A DNA stretch of 64,000 bases. Origin: Ignavibacteriota bacterium (GTDB lineage Bacteria; Bacteroidota; Ignavibacteria; UBA10030). The stretch is from the NCBI GenBank assembly GCA_963701295.1, contig OY969585.1:1216001-1280000 (forward strand), in the 5' to 3' direction. Of the stretch, positions 42,704 to 52,540 are shown one piece after another. The first letter of the stretch is position 1. Every line of letters starts with the position of its first letter. Below the pieces are notes generated by a model. The model saw only the letters and a list, made by a program, of their open reading frames with translations. It was not told the DNA's origin and did no database searches. The position numbers and the translations under genes are program-made.

Positions 42704-43744
42704 ATGATTATTGTGATGAAGGCCGGTGCGAGTCAGCAGCAAATTGAACATGTTTTTGACAAAGTCAAAGAACTTGGATTCAAAGTTCACCCAATCTATG
42801 GGGAACTGCGCACGGTCATTGCATGTGTGGGTGATGAGCGCGGTAAATTTCGACTGCAGGCACTCGACTCACTTGATGGAGTAGAAAATGTCGTTCCAAT
42901 TCTTAAACCATTTAAACTTGCTAGCCGTGAGTGGCATGGTTCACGGACAACGATAACAATTCCTCCACCAAGTGGAAGCTCTATGCCGCCGGTTGTAATC
43001 GGAAGCGACCAATTTGTCGTGATGGCGGGACCGTGCTCCGTAGAAAGTCGAGAACAGATTTTACAATCGGCAGAACTAGTAAAAAAAGCCGGTGCAAAAG
43101 TACTGCGTGGCGGAGCATTTAAGCCGCGGACATCACCGTACAGTTTTCAAGGATTAGAAGAAGAAGGATTGAAACTTCTTGCCGAAGCACGCGAAAAAAC
43201 TGGATTGCTTATTGTTACAGAAGTAATCACTCCAACGGATGTAGCCCTCGTTGCCGAATATTCGGACATTCTTCAGCTTGGTGCACGTAATATGCAGAAT
43301 TTTGTTTTACTGAAAGAAGTCGGCAAGCAAAAAAAACCGGTCTTGCTCAAACGCGGACAGTCCAGCACTTTAAAAGAACTCTTAATGTCGGCTGAGTATA
43401 TTATGTCTCAAGGCAACGAACAAGTGATACTCTGCGAACGCGGTATCCGGACATTTGAAGATTATACCCGTAACACGTTCGATCTTTCCGCGGTGCCTGC
43501 GTTGAAAGAACTCAGTCATTTGCCCGTTATCGCCGATCCAAGTCATGGGACCGGTGTACGAAGTCTCGTAACGCCGATGGCAAAGGCTGCTGTTGCTGCG
43601 GGTGCTGATGGATTGATTATCGAAGTGCATCCGAATCCGGAAGAAGCGTTTTCCGATGGGGCACAATCACTTGCACCGGATCAATTTTCAGCGCTGATGG
43701 ATTGGATTCGTAAACTAGCACAAATTGAAAATAAAAAGATATAG
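42704..43744 (+). CDS. aroF: DAHP synthase, type I-beta with N-terminal regulatory domain
   Basis: MIIVMK N-terminus, [45 protein letters not shown]. Confidence 0.93.
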   Translation: MIIVMKAGASQQQIEHVFDKVKELGFKVHPIYGELRTVIACVGDERGKFRLQALDSLDGVENVVPILKPFKLASREWHGSRTTITIPPPSGSSMPPVVIGSDQFVVMAGPCSVESREQILQSAELVKKAGAKVLRGGAFKPRTSPYSFQGLEEEGLKLLAEAREKTGLLIVTEVITPTDVALVAEYSDILQLGARNMQNFVLLKEVGKQKKPVLLKRGQSSTLKELLMSAEYIMSQGNEQVILCERGIRTFEDYTRNTFDLSAVPALKELSHLPVIADPSHGTGVRSLVTPMAKAAVAAGADGLIIEVHPNPEEAFSDGAQSLAPDQFSALMDWIRKLAQIENKKI

Positions 43745-43755
43745 GAGAGTTGACC

Positions 43756-45318
43756 ATGGAAGACCGCGTATTTATATTCGACACCACTCTACGTGATGGT
43801 GAACAATCACCTGGGTGCAGCATGAACTTTGAAGAGAAGATTCGCATGGCCCGTCAGATCCAACTCCTCTGCGTGGATGTGATTGAAGCAGGATTCCCTA
43901 TTTCATCTGTTGGTGACTTCGAGTCGGTAAGATTGATTGCAGAAAAGATCAAGACCTGCACAGTTGCCGCACTTGCTCGTGCAGTGAAACCGGACATCGA
44001 TCGTGCGTGGGAAGCAATTCGTGAAGCAGCAAAACCACGCATACATATATTTATCGCAACTTCGGATTTGCATCTCAAATACAAACTGAAGAAATCTCGA
44101 GAGCAAGTATTAAAGGATGCCGTATGGGCGGTGCAATTTGCGAAGTCATTGTGTGATGATATTGAATTCTCATGCGAAGACGCCTCTCGGAGCGATATCA
44201 ATTATCTTTGCGAAATCGTGGAAGCCACGATTAAGGCAGGTGCAACGATCATCAATCTGCCGGACACGGTGGGTTATGCAATTCCTGATGAGTACGGTGC
44301 CATGTTCCGCATGATTAGCGAACGCGTTCCCAATATTGGGTCAGCTGTTTTGAGTTCGCATTGTCACAATGACCTCGGATTGGCCGTTGCCAATTCCATT
44401 GCTGCCATTCAAAATGGTGCACGTCAAATAGAATGCACCATCAACGGTATCGGTGAACGTGCAGGTAATGCATCGCTGGAAGAGATCGTCATGGCGATAA
44501 AAACCCGGCACGAAAAGCTTGGTTTGAAAACAAATGTCGATGCCGAAGAAATCTATAAATCGAGTAAGTTGTTGAGCAGTCTTACCGGAATGATGGTACA
44601 GCGGAATAAAGCAATCGTGGGTGCGAATGCATTTGCGCATGAAGCTGGTATTCATCAGGATGGAATGTTGAAAAGTCCGCTAACGTACGAGATTATGACT
44701 CCGCAGTCTGTTGGGATCAAGCATAGCATGCTGGTCCTTGGAAAACATTCGGGCCGCCACGCATTGAAACAGCGGTATGCTGAACTCGGATATCAATTGA
44801 CAGATGAAGAACTTCAGCATGCGTATCAACTCTTTTGCTCGATAGCCGATCAGAAGAAGGAAGTATTTGATGAAGACTTAGAAACTATTCTTGAGTCAGG
44901 CGTCAGTTCAACAGAAGAAGTCTATCATCTGGTGAATCTCCAAATCACGAGCGGCACCAATCTGCGCCCAACGGCAACGATTGAATTGAAACAAGGGGAT
45001 CAGTTGATAGTAGATTCCGCAACGGGCGATGGCCCGGTTGATGCTGCCTATAAAGCTGTTGAGAGAATTACAGGTGTTGTAGGTAAACTGACAGAGTATT
45101 CCATTAAATCTGTGCATACTGGACATGATGCTCTTGGAGAAGTCTTTGTTCGAATTGATTTCAATGGTTTATTGTTTAATGGACGCGCAGCAAGCACGGA
45201 TATCATTACCGGGAGTGTGAGCGCTTACATTGAAGCATTGAACCGCGCTCTGGCTTCAAAAAAACGAAAAGAAGAACAACAAAAGAAAATATTTCCAAAA
45301 GATAGTGTTATTGTCTGA
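43756..45318 (+). CDS. leuA: 2-isopropylmalate synthase
   Basis: FDTTLRDGEQSPG, HCHNDLG, GIGERAGNA, AFAHEAGIHQDG, LGKHSGRH, C-terminal regulatory domain. Confidence 0.96.
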   Translation: MEDRVFIFDTTLRDGEQSPGCSMNFEEKIRMARQIQLLCVDVIEAGFPISSVGDFESVRLIAEKIKTCTVAALARAVKPDIDRAWEAIREAAKPRIHIFIATSDLHLKYKLKKSREQVLKDAVWAVQFAKSLCDDIEFSCEDASRSDINYLCEIVEATIKAGATIINLPDTVGYAIPDEYGAMFRMISERVPNIGSAVLSSHCHNDLGLAVANSIAAIQNGARQIECTINGIGERAGNASLEEIVMAIKTRHEKLGLKTNVDAEEIYKSSKLLSSLTGMMVQRNKAIVGANAFAHEAGIHQDGMLKSPLTYEIMTPQSVGIKHSMLVLGKHSGRHALKQRYAELGYQLTDEELQHAYQLFCSIADQKKEVFDEDLETILESGVSSTEEVYHLVNLQITSGTNLRPTATIELKQGDQLIVDSATGDGPVDAAYKAVERITGVVGKLTEYSIKSVHTGHDALGEVFVRIDFNGLLFNGRAASTDIITGSVSAYIEALNRALASKKRKEEQQKKIFPKDSVIV

Positions 45319-45327
45319 CGAAAAGAA

Positions 45328-46032
45328 ATGCAAAGAAAAGTCATTGGAATTATCGGAGGTATAGCGCCTCCATCGACAATAGATTATTATCAAAGAATCA
45401 TTGCGGGATTTCAAGAGAAAGAGAGTACTCATTGCTATCCGTCAATATTCATTAACAGTATTGATATGACAAGAATGTTAGATCTGGTCTCCCAAAAAGA
45501 TTTTGACACATTAGTCGAATATTTGATCGGTGAGATTCAGAAACTAAAAAGTGGTGGTGTTGATTTTGCTGTTTTAGCATCAAATACACCGCATATTGTT
45601 TTTGAACAACTCAAGAAAAGGTCAAGTATTCCATTGGTTAGTATTGTGGAAGTGACTGTGAAATATGCAAAAACACTTGGTTGTAAAAAGCTTGGTTTGT
45701 TTGGTACCAAATCAACAATGCAGGGTGGATTTTATCAAGCTGGATTTTCCAAAGAAGGCATTGAAATCATAACGCCGCTCTTTGAATCGCAAAATTATAT
45801 TCATGATAAATACATGAATGAATTTGTGAGGGGAATATTTCTTGAAGGTACAAAGAAAGCATGTATTGACATTGTTCATCAGATGATAAAGCAAAACAAT
45901 ATTGAGGGTTTGATCTTAGGTGGAACAGAATTACCCTTCCTCTTGAAAGAAGAGGATTTTATCAATTTTAAATTATTCAACACGATTGAAATACATGTAA
46001 ACAGTATTCTTGAATATGCAATGCAGAACTAA
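45328..46032 (+). CDS. Asp/Glu racemase family protein (RacX/YgeA-like) with substituted catalytic cysteines
   Basis: IGIIGGIAPPSTIDYY, ASNTPH, GLFGTKSTM, ILGGTELP. Confidence 0.85.
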   Translation: MQRKVIGIIGGIAPPSTIDYYQRIIAGFQEKESTHCYPSIFINSIDMTRMLDLVSQKDFDTLVEYLIGEIQKLKSGGVDFAVLASNTPHIVFEQLKKRSSIPLVSIVEVTVKYAKTLGCKKLGLFGTKSTMQGGFYQAGFSKEGIEIITPLFESQNYIHDKYMNEFVRGIFLEGTKKACIDIVHQMIKQNNIEGLILGGTELPFLLKEEDFINFKLFNTIEIHVNSILEYAMQN

Positions 46033-46161
46033 TTGGTGCTTGTTTATCACTTGTGATTTGATATTTGAAAAATTACTAAAAGAAAACGAATAGAATCATT
46101 GAAACGGACAATCCTCTGTTTCAGCCGGTCACACTTCAACTAGAATGTTTGGGATTATAAA

Positions 46162-46539
46162 ATGATACGAACAGAAAATGAAGAAATAAATTATAAGACG
46201 AAGTTTTCTAATGGCGAACATTCAGCCTTTTCAGATACGACAATGGACAAAGGGGGAAGTAATTCTGGTTTTAGGCCGCATGAACTTCTGGAGGCTGCAG
46301 TAGCAAGCTGTATGAATATGCACATAAGAATGTTTGCTAAGAACCATAACATGAATGTTTCTGAGGTAAAAACAGAAGTATCGCTTAATAGAAACGAGCC
46401 TGAATCTGCTGTATTCGAATACAAGGTAAAAGTTTATGGAAGGTTAACGGGATTGGAAAAAGAGAAGCTTATGCAGATAGTACAGAGTTGTCCAGTAAAG
46501 AAAACGTTATCAAAGAGAATAGATTTTAGGTGTATTTGA
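46162..46539 (+). CDS. OsmC/YhfA family protein
   Basis: GG.NSGFRPHELLEAAVASC and CPVKKTL two-Cys motifs. Confidence 0.88.
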   Translation: MIRTENEEINYKTKFSNGEHSAFSDTTMDKGGSNSGFRPHELLEAAVASCMNMHIRMFAKNHNMNVSEVKTEVSLNRNEPESAVFEYKVKVYGRLTGLEKEKLMQIVQSCPVKKTLSKRIDFRCI

Positions 46540-46581
46540 TGTTTAAAATTTTGATGAAAGAAAACGAATCGAACAATTTAA

Positions 46582-48006
46582 ATGGATTATACTATGGCTC
46601 AACCACGTACGCTTTTTCAAAAAGTATGGGATAATCATATTGTTGTGCAGGAACCGGATTCGCCGGCTGTTTTGTACATCGATTTACAACTCGTTCACGA
46701 AGTAACATCGCCGCAAGCATTCGATGGATTACGCCGACGTGGACTCAAGGTTCGCTGTCCGGATCGTACGGTAGGAACAATGGATCATAGTATTCCGACG
46801 CTTCCTCTATCAGTTCCGATTTCAGATGCACTTGCCGCAAAGCAAATGCGCCAGATGGAAATTAATGCAAAGGAATTTGGTTTTCGTCTCTACGGCAAAG
46901 ATCATTCACAGCGCGGAATTGTCCACATTATCGGGCCGGAACTTGGTTTTACCCAACCGGGAATGACAATAGTATGTGGCGATAGTCACACGGCAACACA
47001 TGGTGCATTCGGCGCGCTTGCATTTGGAATCGGCACAAGCGAGGTTGAACATGTTTTAGCAACTCAATGTCTGCTCCAGCATCTGCCAAAAACAATGGAA
47101 GTGTGCATTGAAGGGAAACTCAGTGCCGGTGTGACAGCGAAGGATATTATCCTTGCACTTCTGGCAAAGATTGGTGTCGGCGGCGGAACAGGACATGTTA
47201 TTGAATACACCGGAACTACAGTTTGTTCACTCACCATGGAAGAACGAATGACTGTCTGCAATATGTCAATCGAAGGCGGTGCGCGTGCTGGTATGATAGC
47301 ACCGGACGATAAGACATTTGAGTTCCTAGCAAACCGCGAATTTGCTCCCAAAGGCGAAGGATGGGAAAAAGCATTGAAGCGTTGGCGATCATTGCCAACG
47401 GATACAGGTGCAACGTATGACACAACGGTCATGCTGGATATTTCAAAACTTGAACCGATGCTGACGTTTGGTACTAATCCGGGAATGGGATTATCAGTTA
47501 CTGGACGTATTCCTAATCCATCGAGTTTGAGTAATGCAACAGACAAACAGACATTGGAAAAATCGCTACAATACATGGGTTTTCAACCGAATGAAACTCT
47601 TGCAGGAAAGAAAATCAATGTCGTGTTTATTGGCAGCTGTACCAATGGCCGAATATCTGATTTGCGCGATGCTGCACGTGTATTCCGAGGACGTAAAGTT
47701 GCTCCAAATGTACGTGCCATGGTTGTTCCTGGATCACAGGAAATAAAACGCCAGGCGGAAGCAGAAGGATTGCACAAAGTATTTACAGATGCCGGTGCAG
47801 AGTGGCGCGAGTCCGGTTGTTCTATGTGCATCGCAATGAACGGTGACGAAATTAAAGCCGGTCAATATGCTGTTTCCACAAGCAATCGGAATTTTGAAGG
47901 ACGGCAAGGCAAAGGCGGAAGAACATTGCTCGCCTCACCGTTAACAGCTGCAGCTGCTGCGGTAACAGGTAAAATTACGGATGTTCGGACATTATTAATC
48001 TCATAA
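46582..48006 (+). CDS. leuC: 3-isopropylmalate dehydratase large subunit
   Basis: [45 protein letters not shown]. Confidence 0.97.
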   Translation: MDYTMAQPRTLFQKVWDNHIVVQEPDSPAVLYIDLQLVHEVTSPQAFDGLRRRGLKVRCPDRTVGTMDHSIPTLPLSVPISDALAAKQMRQMEINAKEFGFRLYGKDHSQRGIVHIIGPELGFTQPGMTIVCGDSHTATHGAFGALAFGIGTSEVEHVLATQCLLQHLPKTMEVCIEGKLSAGVTAKDIILALLAKIGVGGGTGHVIEYTGTTVCSLTMEERMTVCNMSIEGGARAGMIAPDDKTFEFLANREFAPKGEGWEKALKRWRSLPTDTGATYDTTVMLDISKLEPMLTFGTNPGMGLSVTGRIPNPSSLSNATDKQTLEKSLQYMGFQPNETLAGKKINVVFIGSCTNGRISDLRDAARVFRGRKVAPNVRAMVVPGSQEIKRQAEAEGLHKVFTDAGAEWRESGCSMCIAMNGDEIKAGQYAVSTSNRNFEGRQGKGGRTLLASPLTAAAAAVTGKITDVRTLLIS

Positions 48007-48012
48007 AGAAAA

Positions 48013-48807
48013 ATGCAAATGTATCAGTGGAATGCGGTTGATTATGCTAAAAGTTCGAGTATTCAACAGCAATGGGCACGTGAGCTTATCCGCAAACTAA
48101 ATTTGAAGGGCAATGAAACATTGCTCGATATCGGATCCGGCGACGGTAAAGTGACGGCGGAAATTGCTTCTTTTGTTCCCAACGGATCCGTTATAGGTAT
48201 TGACAGTTCGGAAGAGATGATCATGCTTGCACAACGAATGTACTCTCGAGATGCTTTTACAAATTTGCGATTTCGACGAGCGGATGCAAATAGCCTGCTT
48301 TTTGAGAATGAATTCGATGTTATCTTTTCGAATGCAACTTTGCATTGGATTCTCGATCACCGGCCTGTATTGCGTGGAATCTTTACAAGCCTGAAACGCG
48401 GCGGTAAAGTTCTTTTACAAATGGGGGGACGTGGAAATGCCGACGAGGTTATGGTTGCACTTAAAAGAATAATGATGAGAGAAGAATGGCGGAGGTGCTT
48501 TAATGGATTCAACTTCTCGTATGGTTTCTACGGATCTGACGAATATCGCATTTGGATTCATGAAGCAGGATTAAATGCGAAACGCGTGGAGCTGATTCCT
48601 AAGGATGCTGCGCATCAAGGGCGCTCTGGTTTCGAATCTTGGATCCGAACAACTTGGCTTCCATACACACAGCAAGTGCCTGAAAAAAAGAGAGAAATAT
48701 TTATTTCACAGCTGGCTGATGACTATCTTCGGCAACATCCTGCTGACGAAAACGGTGTGGTTCATGTAAAAATGATACGGCTTGAAGTCGAGGCCTCAAA
48801 ATTTTAA
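48013..48807 (+). CDS. Class I SAM methyltransferase, trans-aconitate methyltransferase (Tam)-like
   Basis: WNAVDY, LLDIGSGDG, GIDSSEEM, FDVIFSNATLHWI.DH, LQMGGRGN. Confidence 0.8.
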   Translation: MQMYQWNAVDYAKSSSIQQQWARELIRKLNLKGNETLLDIGSGDGKVTAEIASFVPNGSVIGIDSSEEMIMLAQRMYSRDAFTNLRFRRADANSLLFENEFDVIFSNATLHWILDHRPVLRGIFTSLKRGGKVLLQMGGRGNADEVMVALKRIMMREEWRRCFNGFNFSYGFYGSDEYRIWIHEAGLNAKRVELIPKDAAHQGRSGFESWIRTTWLPYTQQVPEKKREIFISQLADDYLRQHPADENGVVHVKMIRLEVEASKF

Positions 48808-48839
48808 TTAACCATTTACCATTAATAACTAAAAAACCT

Positions 48840-49433
48840 ATGGCAACATTTACATCACTAACATCGCGTATCGTTCCACTGCTTGTGGATAATGTCGATA
48901 CTGATCAAATCATTCCAGCGCGGTTTCTCAAAGTCACCGATAAGAAAGGGCTTAGAGAACAGCTTTTCTACGATTGGCGTTACGACTCTGATGGAACTCC
49001 CAAAGCGGATTTTGTTTTGAACCAGCCGCAACATCGCGGATCGCAGATATTGCTGGCGGGAGACAATTTTGGATGTGGTTCTTCGCGTGAACATGCACCG
49101 TGGGCGCTAACTGCATTCGGTTTCCGTGCGGTGATCAGTACAACAATCGCAGATATTTTTCGCAGTAATTCCATGAAGAATGGATTGCTTCCGGTGATTC
49201 TTACAGCCTTAGAGCATAAACAATTGAAAGACGAAATACAGGAGTCACCGAATGCTGAAGTAACAATCAATCTTGAGAGACAGGAAGTTGCATTTCCATC
49301 AGGTACAAAAGCAAAATTTCCTATTGATCCGTTTTCAAAATTTTGCCTTTTAAATGGAATCGATGAATTGGAATATTTGCGGCGATTTACAAAAGAAGTT
49401 GAGCAATACGAAGCAGCGCACACAATTTCATAG
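48840..49433 (+). CDS. leuD: 3-isopropylmalate dehydratase small subunit
   Basis: NVDTDQIIPARFL, NFGCGSSREHAPWAL, NGLLP, LNGIDE. Confidence 0.96.
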   Translation: MATFTSLTSRIVPLLVDNVDTDQIIPARFLKVTDKKGLREQLFYDWRYDSDGTPKADFVLNQPQHRGSQILLAGDNFGCGSSREHAPWALTAFGFRAVISTTIADIFRSNSMKNGLLPVILTALEHKQLKDEIQESPNAEVTINLERQEVAFPSGTKAKFPIDPFSKFCLLNGIDELEYLRRFTKEVEQYEAAHTIS

Positions 49434-49464
49434 AGAATGGGCAGTACATCCGAAAGGAAAAGAT

Positions 49465-50316
49465 ATGACGCAGAATCATGAAGAGCACCATCATATCGAT
49501 AAACATATTGCAATTCTGGGAGCAGGCAACATGGGAGCAGCGTTGATGAAAGGTATTATCAATGCAAAGCTGACACCATCGAAAAAAATTCTGGCGTGCG
49601 ATATAAATCTCCCGAGGCTTCAAGCACTTTCGTCTGAATGGAAAATTCGTATCGCAGCGGATCTGAGCGCAGCAGTTGAAATATCGGAGATCATTCTCTT
49701 ATGCGTAAAACCGCAGACTCTTGAAAGTGTTTTGCAAACGATCAAACCGGTCATTAGGCCTAACCATCTTGTCGTTTCTATTGTTGCAGGTGTCCGGATT
49801 AAGTTTATCCAGCAAATTCTCGGAATAAAACTCGGCATTGTACGGGCAATGCCTAATATTGCAGCAACGGTTGATGAAGGCGCTGCAGCGATCGCGTTTG
49901 GAGAGCATGTCACTGCTGAGCAGCAAAAGATAGCGAGGTCTATTTTTGAAGCTGTCGGCGAAGTTGTTATTGTTGCTGAAGACCAGCTTGATGCTGTTAC
50001 CGGATTGAGCGGCAGCGGTCCCGCATACATCTATATGGTCATTGAGGCACTGATTGATGGCGGTGTTAAAATGGGACTTGCTCGCGATATTGCAACAAAG
50101 CTGGCGATTCAAACGGTACTTGGGTCAGCGAAGTTAGCAAAAACTTCCAAACTGCATCCAGCGATTTTACGCGATCAAGTTACGACTCCCGGAGGAACGA
50201 CAATCAATGCCATCCATGAACTTGAATCGCATGGATTGAGGGCAATGTTGATTAACGCTGTTGTGACAGCGACGGAAAGATCAAAGGAATTAAGCAAATT
50301 ATTGAATAACTTCTAA
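49465..50316 (+). CDS. proC: Pyrroline-5-carboxylate reductase
   Basis: GAGNMG, CVKPQ, RAMPN, SGSGPAY, VTTPGGTT; GAAAGGA SD before ATG 49465. Confidence 0.95.
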   Translation: MTQNHEEHHHIDKHIAILGAGNMGAALMKGIINAKLTPSKKILACDINLPRLQALSSEWKIRIAADLSAAVEISEIILLCVKPQTLESVLQTIKPVIRPNHLVVSIVAGVRIKFIQQILGIKLGIVRAMPNIAATVDEGAAAIAFGEHVTAEQQKIARSIFEAVGEVVIVAEDQLDAVTGLSGSGPAYIYMVIEALIDGGVKMGLARDIATKLAIQTVLGSAKLAKTSKLHPAILRDQVTTPGGTTINAIHELESHGLRAMLINAVVTATERSKELSKLLNNF

Positions 50317-50356
50317 AAGAATAAAAGAAATAATACCAAGGAGAGATAGAAAAACA

Positions 50357-51418
50357 ATGGCAAAGAAATATAATATTGCGGTCATCGGCGGTGACGGCAC
50401 AGGTCCGGAAGTAGTCGCTGAAGGTTTAAAAGTCCTGAAAGCTGCATCAAAGAAATTCAGCTTTTTCTATGATACAACCATGTTTGATTACGGCGGCGAA
50501 CGATACCTAAAGACCGGCAAGACGATTACTGATGAAGAGCTTGAAGGTTTAAAAAAATTTGATGCTGTCTTTCTTGGCGCAATCGGACATCCGGATGTGA
50601 AACCCGGAATTCTCGAACAGGGAATTCTCCTAAAGACGCGATTTGCCCTCGATCAATATATTAATTTACGGCCGGTTAAGTTGTACAATGAAGCGTTTTG
50701 TCCACTCAAGGGTAAGAAACCTGAAGATATTGATTTTGTTGTGGTGCGCGAGAACTCTGAAGGCCTCTATAAAGGCCTAGGAAGCTTTGAAAATAAAGGC
50801 ACGAAGAACGAGGTTGCTATCCAAATATCTCACAATACACGTAAAGGTGTCGAGCGCTGTATTCGTTATGCGTTTGAATATTGCAAAAAACGTAATAGCA
50901 AGAAGCGAAAACTTACGCTCTGCGGTAAGACGAATGTGCTGACATTTGCGTGGGATCTTTGGCAACGGACATTTGATGAAGTGAAAAAAGAATATCCGGA
51001 TATTGAAACCGACTATGCTCACGTTGATGCGACCACCATGTGGTTTGTGAAGAATCCGGAGTGGTTCGATGTGATCGTGACTGATAATATGTTCGGCGAT
51101 ATTATCACGGATCTTGGTGCTATGGTGCAGGGCGGTATGGGTATTGCAGCGGGCGGCAATATTAATCCGGAAGGTGTCTCCATGTTTGAACCTATCGGTG
51201 GCTCTGCACCGAAGTATACCGGAAAACATGTAATTAACCCGCTAGCAGGAATTTGCGCGCTCGGCATGCTCTTAGAAACAATAGGTGAAGAAAAAGCAGG
51301 AAAAGCAGTCGAGAATTCAGTCATTAATCTTGTTCAGAAAAAAATCAAAAATCTCGCAGCAGGGAAAATGGGATATACAACCGAAGAAATCGGCGACATG
51401 GTTACTGCGGGAATATAA
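50357..51418 (+). CDS. leuB: 3-isopropylmalate dehydrogenase
   Basis: GDGTGPEV, INLRP, VRENSEGLY, NMFGDIITD, FEPIGGSAP; leu context. Confidence 0.92.
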   Translation: MAKKYNIAVIGGDGTGPEVVAEGLKVLKAASKKFSFFYDTTMFDYGGERYLKTGKTITDEELEGLKKFDAVFLGAIGHPDVKPGILEQGILLKTRFALDQYINLRPVKLYNEAFCPLKGKKPEDIDFVVVRENSEGLYKGLGSFENKGTKNEVAIQISHNTRKGVERCIRYAFEYCKKRNSKKRKLTLCGKTNVLTFAWDLWQRTFDEVKKEYPDIETDYAHVDATTMWFVKNPEWFDVIVTDNMFGDIITDLGAMVQGGMGIAAGGNINPEGVSMFEPIGGSAPKYTGKHVINPLAGICALGMLLETIGEEKAGKAVENSVINLVQKKIKNLAAGKMGYTTEEIGDMVTAGI

Positions 51419-51430
51419 AAGAAAAGAACG

Positions 51431-52525
51431 ATGGATATTCATGTACCATTTGTCTTGCTTGGTTTAGGCCCTGTTGGCCGTACGTTGGTTCGTCAGATTC
51501 TTGACACTCATAAAACAGTTGCCCTGCGAACGGGAATTCAATTTGTCTTTGCGGGCATTTCTGATTCATCGGGTTTGATGTGGGAGAACGAAGGCATTCC
51601 CGAAGAAATGCTGCAGAAGATTCTACGCGACACCGATGAGCATCGAAGACTTGATGGTGTTGCTAATCTGCATCCGCATACAAAGCTGAACGATATACTG
51701 CAGCCGGGAACTATCCTCGTTGACGCGACCCATTCGTTAGACACGACGCCCATAGTAAAGGATGCGCTTGAAGCAGGATGCGGCATTGTTGTAGCAAATA
51801 AAATTACGCTCGCAGATGAATGGAGTAAGGCAAAAATGTATTACGATCATCCGCTCATTCGCTATGAAGCAACGGTCGGAGCAGGGCTGCCTATTATTTC
51901 CACGTTACGGTATCTGCTTGATACTGGAGATGAAATCACAAGCATTGAAGCGTCTGTCAGTGGTACATTAGGTTTTTTATGTACTGCGCTGGAGTTAGGC
52001 GTTCCGTATTCTGTAGCTGTGGCAAATGCGAAGAACATGGGATATACAGAACCTGATCCTCGCGATGACTTGAGCGGATATGATATTGTGCGGAAAGCTT
52101 TAATTCTTGCACGCACAGCTGGTTGGCCGCTTGAAATGCATAACCTGACTTCGGAGCCGATGTATCCACCAACGTGGGTATCGCGAACGGTCGAAGAATT
52201 TATGACTGCGCTGCCGTCACTTGATGAGATGTACGCTGCACAGGTACGGCTGGCACAAAGTGAAGGAAGAAGCCTTCGCTATGTTGCACATCTTACTTCC
52301 AAGGGCGGACGAGTCGGATTGACGTCGGTTGCCAAAGACGGTCATATTGGATCAAAGAGTGGTCCGGCAAATTCTGTCGAGATCTTTACTCACCGCTACC
52401 AAGAAATGCCATTGGTTATTTCCGGGCCGGGTGCCGGTCCGGAAATCAAAGCCGCCGGCGTGATGGAAGATATGCTGCAACTTGCAAATATTTTGCAGCA
52501 TAGAGTGTTGTTGACGAATTCTTAA
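51431..52525 (+). CDS. hom: Stand-alone homoserine dehydrogenase
   Basis: GLGPVG, ANK, YEATVGAGLPI, GYTEPDPRDDLSG.D..RKALILAR, GPGAG. Confidence 0.85.
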   Translation: MDIHVPFVLLGLGPVGRTLVRQILDTHKTVALRTGIQFVFAGISDSSGLMWENEGIPEEMLQKILRDTDEHRRLDGVANLHPHTKLNDILQPGTILVDATHSLDTTPIVKDALEAGCGIVVANKITLADEWSKAKMYYDHPLIRYEATVGAGLPIISTLRYLLDTGDEITSIEASVSGTLGFLCTALELGVPYSVAVANAKNMGYTEPDPRDDLSGYDIVRKALILARTAGWPLEMHNLTSEPMYPPTWVSRTVEEFMTALPSLDEMYAAQVRLAQSEGRSLRYVAHLTSKGGRVGLTSVAKDGHIGSKSGPANSVEIFTHRYQEMPLVISGPGAGPEIKAAGVMEDMLQLANILQHRVLLTNS

Positions 52526-52540
52526 AAACAGGGAAATCCT

